A DNA stretch of 64,000 nucleotides, taken from Fidelibacterota bacterium. Lineage in GTDB: Bacteria; Fidelibacterota; Marinisomatia; Marinisomatales; Marinisomataceae. Made by a program: the position numbers and the translations under genes. Each line of letters starts with the position of its first letter. Position 1 is the first letter of the stretch. The stretch is taken from the NCBI GenBank assembly GCA_038280095.1, contig JAYPYG010000001.1, positions 7,392-71,391 on the forward strand, written 5' to 3'. Under the pieces are notes generated by a model. The model searched no databases and was not told the origin of the DNA. It worked only from the letters and a program-made list of their open reading frames with translations. Positions 16,635-24,402 of the stretch are shown here, one piece after another.

Positions 16635-17674
16635 TGGACCAAATAGAAATCAAAGCAGTATTAGAAGACCTCGGCTACAACCTTATAGACCGAGGTGATT
16701 TCTGGCACGCTGCCGCAGTTTACAGGGGCGGGGATAACGAAACGGCGTTACAGATTTATAAAAACACGGGAGTCTGGAAAGATTACGTGGAGGACACTCC
16801 ATTTTACCCATTTAAAGTTCTAATCGAGAAGAGTGCGGGAGATTTCGAGGAAAAAGATATTGAAAAAATCTTAAAGCGCATCGGAGAAGAAGGTAGTTCG
16901 CTAAGAACTATAGGAAAATCAAAATCTGAAAAAATCGACAAAATCTACCCAGACGATGTCCTTGACAACTTTCTTCCCCATTATTCATTTTACAATGACA
17001 GAGGAATATCAGACGAACTTCTTGCTTCACTAAAAGGCGGATTAAATACAGGAGGCCAAATGTATCAAAGGTTTGTTTTTCCAATCTATAATGAAGATGG
17101 CCAAATTTTTGGATTCTCGGGTAGGGATATGATAAATAAAGAAGGTCGCCCAAAATGGAAGCACGTTGGCAAAAAAACCAAATGGGTCTATCCACTTCAC
17201 GTCCCTTCGTACAAACCAAAGCAAGAATGGGGAAATGGGCCGATTTTTCTTGTAGAAAGCATCGGAGACCTCCTCTCTTTTAGAGAGCATACAGACTACA
17301 ATGCGCTTGTTGTTTTTGCGGTTCACGTCGGCCCCTCCTTAATGAACGCTCTTATATCTTTAGCCCCTGAAAAAATTATTCTATCTCTCAACAACGATGA
17401 AAAAGAAGACGGGGAAAACGTAGGAAAGAAGTCTAGTATAAAAAATTACCTTCGAATGCTTAGTCACTTCGACTATGATAAGTTGAAAATTTGCCTGCCA
17501 ACAAAAAACGACTTTGGCGATATGAGGGCAGAGGACTACCCATCATGGATAAATAAATTTGAAAAAATTATGGAAAAAGACCAGCGCCCTTATATCATCA
17601 AAGAGGCGGAAGAGATGCGTCGCAATGAAAAGCTGTCAGACCAGCTATACAAAAACCTCAAATACATAAAATGA
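16634..17674 (+). CDS. DnaG-type primase (RNA-polymerase core + TOPRIM), Cys-less N-terminal domain
   Basis: 346 aa. FVFPIYNEDGQIFGFSGRD is a primase core motif. TOPRIM is seen as FLVESIGDLLSF and LNNDEKEDGENVG. The first ~170 aa contain no cysteine. Confidence 0.7.
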   Translation: MDQIEIKAVLEDLGYNLIDRGDFWHAAAVYRGGDNETALQIYKNTGVWKDYVEDTPFYPFKVLIEKSAGDFEEKDIEKILKRIGEEGSSLRTIGKSKSEKIDKIYPDDVLDNFLPHYSFYNDRGISDELLASLKGGLNTGGQMYQRFVFPIYNEDGQIFGFSGRDMINKEGRPKWKHVGKKTKWVYPLHVPSYKPKQEWGNGPIFLVESIGDLLSFREHTDYNALVVFAVHVGPSLMNALISLAPEKIILSLNNDEKEDGENVGKKSSIKNYLRMLSHFDYDKLKICLPTKNDFGDMRAEDYPSWINKFEKIMEKDQRPYIIKEAEEMRRNEKLSDQLYKNLKYIK

Positions 17675-18795
17675 AAAAACCCCTCTCTGCTAGTAAAATA
17701 AAGACGCTCCAGTCTTGCAGTTGGACATATTGGTGCAACTATCACTTAAAACTCCCAGATGAGGGAAATGACGGAGCAAGTCGAGGAACGATTTGCCACT
17801 TAGTCTTTGAAGTCCTTGGAAACAAAAGGCACCACCACCACTTCAAGCAAGTAATGGATAATGGCAACGTCTGGCAAGACCAAGCCATTGCCAACTTAAT
17901 TAGAAAAAATGCTCGCGCATTAAATGTCGATGATAGCGAAAATCTCAGTCTGATAAACGACATGATTATGAACGGCCTTGAATATGACTTCTACGCCCTT
18001 GAAGAGCATGGGGAAGAGCCATGTGAGTCAATTTCCGAAAGAGACTTTAGTCTTACAGTTGATGACGAAGACGAGGGTAAGAAATATTCTATGCGTGGAT
18101 TTATTGATAAGCTTTTTCTTTGGCACAAAAAGAAAAAAGCGCTAATCCGAGACTTTAAAACAAGCAAGTCAGTCTTTACACCACACGAGCAAGACGATAA
18201 CGTACAAGAGCTAATGTACGACCTCGCCGTTAAAAAACTATACCCCCACATCGAAGAAAGGCAGTCGGAATTTATTTTCCTGAAGTTCGACTTAGGTAAT
18301 GATTTATTTGGAGGAGAGGGACATGGGATTGTTAAGAATCCGCCAGCTTGCCAAAACGAACTCGGTGGTTTTGAATATTTCTTAACAGAGATGCAGCAGG
18401 TTACAGACAACTTCACAGAGGATGACGCCAAAAAAGACTTTGCAAAAAACAAACCCTGGCCATCAAAAGAAGAAGGGTTCAAGGGTCCGTTGAATTGCGG
18501 ATTCGCTAAATTTCCTGGCCAACTAAAGAAAGACGGGAGTAAAATGTGGCACTGTGCCTACAAGTTCGCATTCGACTACTGGAAACTAATGAGTAAAGAT
18601 GGAAAAATTTTAAAAACATCCAAGAATAATGACTTAATACCCAACGAAGAAGAAGGAGAGTATATTGAAGAAGCTCACTACGGCGGCTGCCCAGCACACC
18701 TCCAACCCCACGTAGAGAAGAAGCCTGTTGAAACATGGGATTGGTTAGACGACGTAGATTCAGCGCACGATGAGGACGATGAATTTGCTTTATGA
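17671..18795 (+). CDS. PD-(D/E)XK (RecB/Cas4-like) nuclease
   Basis: 374 aa. GTICHLVFE, then GFIDKLF...ALIRDFKTSK gives the D ... D/E-x-K core. N-terminal CSWTYWC plus C-terminal Cys residues (CGF..., WHCAYKF, GGCPAH) are compatible with a Cas4-like Fe-S cluster. Confidence 0.6.
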   Translation: MKKPLSASKIKTLQSCSWTYWCNYHLKLPDEGNDGASRGTICHLVFEVLGNKRHHHHFKQVMDNGNVWQDQAIANLIRKNARALNVDDSENLSLINDMIMNGLEYDFYALEEHGEEPCESISERDFSLTVDDEDEGKKYSMRGFIDKLFLWHKKKKALIRDFKTSKSVFTPHEQDDNVQELMYDLAVKKLYPHIEERQSEFIFLKFDLGNDLFGGEGHGIVKNPPACQNELGGFEYFLTEMQQVTDNFTEDDAKKDFAKNKPWPSKEEGFKGPLNCGFAKFPGQLKKDGSKMWHCAYKFAFDYWKLMSKDGKILKTSKNNDLIPNEEEGEYIEEAHYGGCPAHLQPHVEKKPVETWDWLDDVDSAHDEDDEFAL

Positions 18796-18889
18796 TTGCC
18801 ATACACTTTTTTTTGTGGTAGAATAAAAAAATCACCAAAATTCAACACTTTTTTACAAGAGACCCCTACGGGGTGTATGTAAAAACACA

Positions 18890-21166
18890 ATGGAAAATTT
18901 AAAAGTAGAAAAACGCAACGGACAGCTCGAAGAGCTAAATTACGACAAGATTCACAAAGTCCTCTATTGGGCCACAGAAGGCATCAAAGGGGTAGCAGTA
19001 ACAGATATTGAAGTAAACGCAAAACTTTACATAAAAGATGGAATAAAAACTAGCGACATCCACAAGGTTCTTATCGACTCGGCAGCAGAGTTAATATCAG
19101 TAGAGCAGCCAAACTACCAAATTGTTGCAGCTCGACTTCTTATGCACCTTCTAAGGAAAGATGTCTTTGGGTCGGTAAAAAACATTCCACACATCAAAGA
19201 CTTAATTAAAAAGAACGTCGACGAAGGAATCTATGATAAAAACCTTCTTCGTTACGACGACGAAGAGCTTGATACCATAAATGACTTCATAAAGCATGAG
19301 AGAGATTTTGAATTACAATATGCTGGAGCAAAACAACTTCTCGACAAATACCTCATCCAAGACAGGAGCAAATATCAGTTCTTCGAAACACCGCAATTTG
19401 CATTCATGCTCCAAGGAATGATTTTCTTTCAAGATTACCCCGCGGCAAAAAGAATCCAATACATTCGCAAATTCTACAACGCAGCCTCAAGATTTAAAAT
19501 CAATCTCCCGACACCAGTTATGTGTGGCGTGAGAACCCCAAACCGCCAATGGTCAAGCTGCACATTAATAGATGTTGGCGACGACCTAGACAGCATAACC
19601 TATTCAGATGCAGCAGTAACTTTTTACACTGCAAAAAGGGCTGGAATCGGCCTCAATGTAGGAAGAATTCGTGCAGTTGGCTCTAAAATTCGCGGCGGAG
19701 AAGTTGTGTCCACAGGAGTAATCCCTTACTTAAAAAAGTTTACAGCATCAACTCGTTGTTGCACCCAAAATGGGGTGAGAGGGGGAAACTCCACAACACA
19801 CTACCCGTTTTGGCACCTTGAGGTTGAGGAACTTTTGGTTCTCAAAAACAACAAAGGCACAGAGGATAATCGCGTCAGAACAATGGATTACTCAATCCAG
19901 TTCAACAAAACCCTGTATAAGCGCGTACAAGAAAACAAAGAAATCACACTTTTTAGCCCACACGAAGTTCCAGACCTATACGAAGCATTTGCTGGAGACC
20001 CAGATGAATTCGAAAATCTTTACGTCAAATACGAAAAAGACGACTCTTTAGTTAAGCGCAAAATTAGCGCAATGGAACTCTTTAAAGCCTTTTGCTTAGA
20101 GCGGTATGAAACGGGTCGAGTCTACGTAATGAATATCGACCATTGCAACACCCATAGCTCGTTCACAGACAAGGTTTTCATGTCCAACCTTTGTCAAGAA
20201 ATCACCCTACCAACAAAACCAATACTCAACCTACATCAGGCGTCAGATGACCAAGAAATTGCTTTGTGTGTCTTAGCTGGAGTAAACATGGGTAACACAA
20301 AACTCAATGAACTCCCTAGCGTTTGCGATATAATTGTTCGAGCACTCGATTACATCATCGACCACCAAGACTACCCTGTCATCCACGCCGAACACATGAA
20401 GAAGCGCAGAAGCATTGGAGTTGGACTCACGAATCTCGCCTACTTTCTTGCGAAAAAGAAAATGCCATACGGCTCAGACGAAGCTTTAGAGCAGGTCGAC
20501 ACATACGTTGAAGCATATCAATATGCACTTCTGAAAGCGTCAAATAATTTAGCTAAAGAAAAAGGCGCTTGCGAATGGTTTAATAAAACAAAATACGCTA
20601 GCGGAATTTTACCAATTGACACATACCATAAAGGCGTTGATAAAATCATCAAACACAACCCCAAATTAAACTGGGAGGAATTGCGTGAAAATATACTCGA
20701 ATTTGGATTAGCCAACTCCACGCTCACAGCCATCATGCCAAGCGAGAGTTCTGCGGTTGTTTCTGGAGCGACAAACGGAATTGAGCCCCCACGCGAATTA
20801 CTTTCATACAAGAAGTCAAAAAAAGCAAAACTACCTATCGTTGCACCCGAAGCAGATAGGCTCAAAAAGCATTACACATTAGCATTTGATATGCCCTCAA
20901 ATGAGGGGTATATAAAAACCTGCGCAGTTATCCAAAAATGGACAGACCAAGCAATTAGCGTAAACACATACTACTCCCCGTTAAAATACGAAGACGGAAA
21001 CCTTCCATTGTCAGTAGTAATGAAAGATGTGTTTTTACATTACTCGCTTGGCGGCAAGACCATGTATTACGCTATCACAGATGACGGCAGGAAGGAAGAC
21101 GAAGAAACCAACACAGAAGAAACAGAAGAGCCGCAAGCTTGCGGCGCAGGAGGATGCACACTATAA
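18890..21166 (+). CDS. nrdA: class Ia ribonucleotide reductase alpha subunit
   Basis: 758 aa. ATP-cone (VEKRNGQLEELNYDKIHKVL), active-site WSSCTLIDV and SNLCQEITLPT, and a C-terminal redox tail CGAGGCTL. Confidence 0.95.
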   Translation: MENLKVEKRNGQLEELNYDKIHKVLYWATEGIKGVAVTDIEVNAKLYIKDGIKTSDIHKVLIDSAAELISVEQPNYQIVAARLLMHLLRKDVFGSVKNIPHIKDLIKKNVDEGIYDKNLLRYDDEELDTINDFIKHERDFELQYAGAKQLLDKYLIQDRSKYQFFETPQFAFMLQGMIFFQDYPAAKRIQYIRKFYNAASRFKINLPTPVMCGVRTPNRQWSSCTLIDVGDDLDSITYSDAAVTFYTAKRAGIGLNVGRIRAVGSKIRGGEVVSTGVIPYLKKFTASTRCCTQNGVRGGNSTTHYPFWHLEVEELLVLKNNKGTEDNRVRTMDYSIQFNKTLYKRVQENKEITLFSPHEVPDLYEAFAGDPDEFENLYVKYEKDDSLVKRKISAMELFKAFCLERYETGRVYVMNIDHCNTHSSFTDKVFMSNLCQEITLPTKPILNLHQASDDQEIALCVLAGVNMGNTKLNELPSVCDIIVRALDYIIDHQDYPVIHAEHMKKRRSIGVGLTNLAYFLAKKKMPYGSDEALEQVDTYVEAYQYALLKASNNLAKEKGACEWFNKTKYASGILPIDTYHKGVDKIIKHNPKLNWEELRENILEFGLANSTLTAIMPSESSAVVSGATNGIEPPRELLSYKKSKKAKLPIVAPEADRLKKHYTLAFDMPSNEGYIKTCAVIQKWTDQAISVNTYYSPLKYEDGNLPLSVVMKDVFLHYSLGGKTMYYAITDDGRKEDEETNTEETEEPQACGAGGCTL

Positions 21167-21167
21167 A

Positions 21168-22238
21168 ATGAGTTACAACATAATAAACACACAAGAACTT
21201 GACCACACAAAACAACCCCTCTTCTTCGGGGAGGGGCTTGGGCTCCAAAGGTACGATACCTTTCGATACAAAAAGTATTACGACTCCTTCTTGAATCAGC
21301 TCTCTGCGTTTTGGCGTCCAGAAGAGATTGACATAACAAACGACGCAGCACAATTCAAGCAACTTCCTGGGCAGGAGAAACACATCTTCACAGAAAATTT
21401 AGGCTTCCAAACGCTCTTAGACTCAGTCCAGACTCGCGGAATTCCCAACTTGTTAAGGAATTGCTCGAATCTTGAATTTGAGGCATGTGCAAACGCATGG
21501 ATGTTTTTTGAACAAATCCACTCCTACAGCTACACATACATCATCAAAAACATTTACTCCAACCCAAGCGAAGTCTTTGATTCGTTTAGTCAAAACGAAG
21601 ACATTATTAATCGAGTTTCTGGAGTCACAAAATATTATGACAAATACATAGACTCCTTAGGCTCATCGGTCGACGAACAAAAAGAAGCTCTTTACTTAAC
21701 ACTTGTCTCCATTAACATTCTTGAAGGAATCAGGTTTTACGTTAGCTTTGCTTGCTCATTTGCGTTTGCAGAGCGCGGCCAAATGGAAGGCAACGCCAAA
21801 ATAATCTCTTTAATCCAAAGAGACGAGCAAAAACATTTAGCAATAACCCAAAACACACTAAATTATCTTCGTAAAGAAGCTGGAGAAGGCTTCCAACACA
21901 TTGTCAAGAAGTGTGAGCCAATCGTTCGTAAAATGTACGAAGATTCTGCGAACGAAGAAATCCAATGGGCAAACTACTTATTTAAAGACGGCGGGATGCT
22001 TGGACTCAATGCAGATATTCTTACAAAATTTATGTTTTGGTTGACAAATAAACGCATGAAAGCTATAGGTTTAACCCCACTTAACGATGTTAATAAGAAT
22101 CCACTCAACTGGATGAACTCGTGGATAAACTCAAGAGCGGTGCAAGTGGCTCCCCAAGAAACTGAGAACGAGTCCTATCAAGTTGGAGCAGTTAAGCAAG
22201 ATGCGAGCGAATTAAACTTAGGAGACTTCAAGTTATGA
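21168..22238 (+). CDS. nrdB: class Ia ribonucleotide reductase beta subunit
   Basis: 356 aa from ATG 21168, 1 nt after the nrdA stop. Di-iron/tyrosyl motifs FFEQIHSYSYTYII, LEGIRFYVSFACSFAFAERG and RDEQKHL. Confidence 0.9.
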   Translation: MSYNIINTQELDHTKQPLFFGEGLGLQRYDTFRYKKYYDSFLNQLSAFWRPEEIDITNDAAQFKQLPGQEKHIFTENLGFQTLLDSVQTRGIPNLLRNCSNLEFEACANAWMFFEQIHSYSYTYIIKNIYSNPSEVFDSFSQNEDIINRVSGVTKYYDKYIDSLGSSVDEQKEALYLTLVSINILEGIRFYVSFACSFAFAERGQMEGNAKIISLIQRDEQKHLAITQNTLNYLRKEAGEGFQHIVKKCEPIVRKMYEDSANEEIQWANYLFKDGGMLGLNADILTKFMFWLTNKRMKAIGLTPLNDVNKNPLNWMNSWINSRAVQVAPQETENESYQVGAVKQDASELNLGDFKL

Positions 22239-22750
22239 GTAAAGCTAAAGTGTCTGCCATTTCAGAAAAATTCAGAGAAGCAAAAGAAGCTCTTCAACTC
22301 TTCCTAAATGAAGGGAATAAACATAAACATGTTTTTGAGTTCGGAATAGGCTGTACAACACAATGGATTTTAGAAACAGAATCAACAACTCTTTTTTCAA
22401 TAGAAGAAGACCAAGATTGGATAAACGAGGTGTACGATGGCCTCACGAAAGAGCAGCAGGACCGCGCGAGATTTCAATACTCAAAATTCAAATCAAAAAC
22501 AAAAGAGGAGGCAAGAAAATACGCCTCAGCAATACACTCTTGCAATAAAACTCCAGACGCAATTATTGTAAGTAGCGAACCATCAAACATCATGGTAGAA
22601 GAAGCTTTAAAATACATAAACAAAACACCTAAAGCAAATCCCCGCATATATCTTTGGAATATGGGCAAGCCAAACTCGCAATTAGCGTCAGGAATGCTCA
22701 AACCAATCGAAAACACAGGAAACCTACTCCTCAAACCGTACACAACGTAA
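22235..22750 (+). CDS. hypothetical protein, possible class I SAM-methyltransferase-like fold
   Basis: 171 aa. HVFEFGIGCTTQWILE...LFSIEEDQDWINEV resembles the E-x-G-x-G ... E-x-D strand pattern. The evidence is weak. Confidence 0.3.
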   Translation: MSKAKVSAISEKFREAKEALQLFLNEGNKHKHVFEFGIGCTTQWILETESTTLFSIEEDQDWINEVYDGLTKEQQDRARFQYSKFKSKTKEEARKYASAIHSCNKTPDAIIVSSEPSNIMVEEALKYINKTPKANPRIYLWNMGKPNSQLASGMLKPIENTGNLLLKPYTT

Positions 22751-22974
22751 TGAACAATCTTTCTCCAGAAGATAAAAACGCAATCGAAAATCTCATAATC
22801 CTAGCCCGCTACGTAGAAGACAACTCCATCTTCACAAAAGAGGATAGAGCAACAACAAGAAGGTCTATCGCCAGAGCAGAAAAGCTTATTGGAAGACAGG
22901 CGGGGCAGGATTCAGAAATGGATGCTGCGGCGCAAGAAGCGATAGAAATGGTGAAATCAAAATTCTCTTCTTGA
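22750..22974 (+). CDS. hypothetical protein (74 aa)
   Basis: I prefer ATG 22750 (TAATG overlap with the upstream stop) over the track start 22654. Confidence 0.4.
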   Translation: MNNLSPEDKNAIENLIILARYVEDNSIFTKEDRATTRRSIARAEKLIGRQAGQDSEMDAAAQEAIEMVKSKFSS

Positions 22975-22999
22975 CTTAAGTAAACATCCCTGCTATTAT
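22971..22999 (+). promoter_or_regulatory. sigma70-type promoter (TTGACT-17-TATTAT), leaderless geometry
   Basis: -35 at 22971-22976 and -10 at 22994-22999. ATG 23007 is 7 nt after the -10. Confidence 0.55.
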
Positions 23000-23006
23000 T
23001 ATTGGG

Positions 23007-23759
23007 ATGACACCATTATTCAAATCCCATTTTAGCATAGGGAAAAGCATTTTAGTCCTAAAATCCAATGGCGACGAAAAATCGTCCGATGGAATTTTTG
23101 ACATAGCAAAAGAAGCTGGGCTCAAAGATGTTGTTCTGGTAGAGGATAACATGACAAGCTTCCTCCAAGCAGCGAAAACCAGCAAAGAGTTTGGCGTAAA
23201 CCTAATCTACGGATTAAGGATTACAGTCTGCGATTCTTATTCAGAAGAAAGCTATGGAAAAGATTGCCACAAAGTAATTATTTTTGCGAAAAATGGCGAG
23301 GGATGCAAGAGGCTAAACAAAATCTACAGCGCCGCATTTTCCCAAGAACACAACTCAATAACCCTTTCGAAACTCAAGGAGCTATGGACAAAAGACGTGA
23401 AGCTTGCTATACCTTTCTATGACTCATTCATATACAATAACCTAATGGAGTTTTCTAGCTGCATCCCTAGGTTTGACTTCACAGAGCCCACGTTCTTTAT
23501 TGAAGATAATGAACTGCCATTCGACCAAATAATCAAAGAGAGTGTCGAAAAATATGTCAAGAAAAACAAGCATCAAGTAGAGAGAGTTAAAACAATCTAT
23601 TATAAAAACCGAAAAGATTTCGCCGCATACCAAACATTTAAGTGTGCAGCAAATCGCTCAGGGTGGGCAGGAAAAACAATCTCACTTCAAAAACCAAACT
23701 TAGAACACTGTGGCAGTAGCGAATTTTGCTTCGAAAGCTATTTAGCGGCAACCAAATAA
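23007..23759 (+). CDS. DNA polymerase III alpha N-terminal PHP-domain protein (separate gene)
   Basis: 250 aa. The N-terminus MTPLFKSHFSIGKSIL aligns with the DnaE F-x-H-L-H-x-H-S-x-Y-S-L start, but the His ligands are mostly replaced. It sits immediately upstream of the exonuclease and polymerase-core genes. Confidence 0.55.
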   Translation: MTPLFKSHFSIGKSILVLKSNGDEKSSDGIFDIAKEAGLKDVVLVEDNMTSFLQAAKTSKEFGVNLIYGLRITVCDSYSEESYGKDCHKVIIFAKNGEGCKRLNKIYSAAFSQEHNSITLSKLKELWTKDVKLAIPFYDSFIYNNLMEFSSCIPRFDFTEPTFFIEDNELPFDQIIKESVEKYVKKNKHQVERVKTIYYKNRKDFAAYQTFKCAANRSGWAGKTISLQKPNLEHCGSSEFCFESYLAATK

Positions 23760-23760
23760 A

Positions 23761-24402
23761 ATGCAAGAAGACTTACTAAGATTTAACTCCAATCAAATGT
23801 TTTGCATGTGGGATTATGAAACATGCCATCTAAACCTTAGGTCAGAAACCAATAGACCTTGGCAGTTAGCCTACATTGTCGCAGACCAAAAGAAAATCCA
23901 TTACAAGAAAGACCACTACCTTTGGTGGGATGATTTGGAAGTGTCTCCAGAGGCAGCACGAATCACAGGATTCAATCGGGCGGTGTACGAAAAGAGAGCT
24001 GAAGACCCGCGCAAAGTTCTCAAAGAATTCCGCAAAGTAATTCACGATAAAAGTGTTCGCCCAGCAGGGCACAACATCCTTGGTTTTGACGTTTACATTG
24101 AGGCGATACACGCAAGGGGGTCAAACATGCCCGTTGACCACTCCTACGTCGACAGACTAATCGACACAAACTGCTTAGAAAAAGCAATTGTGGAAGAAAT
24201 CCCATACAACAAAAACACAAGCTTTATAGGGTGGCAATATTCACTAGCCAACTTCAGAAAAAGAGGTCTAAAAACAAGCCTACAACAATGCGCAAAGAGG
24301 TATGGTATTGAATTTGACGCGAGCAAGCTTCACGACGCGCTTTACGACATAGGAATCAACCTTGAAGTCCTAAAAAAACAACTTTGGAAAATTGAAATAT
24401 GA
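23761..24402 (+). CDS. dnaQ: DEDDh 3'-5' exonuclease (DnaQ/epsilon-like)
   Basis: 213 aa. ExoI FCMWDYETCH, ExoII GHNILGFDVYI, ExoIII LHDALYDIG (H-x4-D). Confidence 0.8.
   Translation: MQEDLLRFNSNQMFCMWDYETCHLNLRSETNRPWQLAYIVADQKKIHYKKDHYLWWDDLEVSPEAARITGFNRAVYEKRAEDPRKVLKEFRKVIHDKSVRPAGHNILGFDVYIEAIHARGSNMPVDHSYVDRLIDTNCLEKAIVEEIPYNKNTSFIGWQYSLANFRKRGLKTSLQQCAKRYGIEFDASKLHDALYDIGINLEVLKKQLWKIEI

Noticed and set aside
14619-18482. Long antisense ORFs (for example 14619-15026, 16133-16534, 17991-18482; also 40882-41286, 45622-46041, 55519-55890 and 63008-63463 elsewhere)
   Set aside because: Each lies entirely opposite a confidently identified or better-supported + strand gene. Each has Ser/Leu/Cys-rich, low-information translations typical of antisense frames.
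21027-21167. Track start of nrdB at 21027 (403 aa)
   Set aside because: That extension overlaps the nrdA 3' end by 140 nt and translates to low-complexity sequence. ATG 21168, 1 nt after the nrdA stop, gives a canonical 356-aa R2 (MSYNIINTQELDHTKQPLFFGE).
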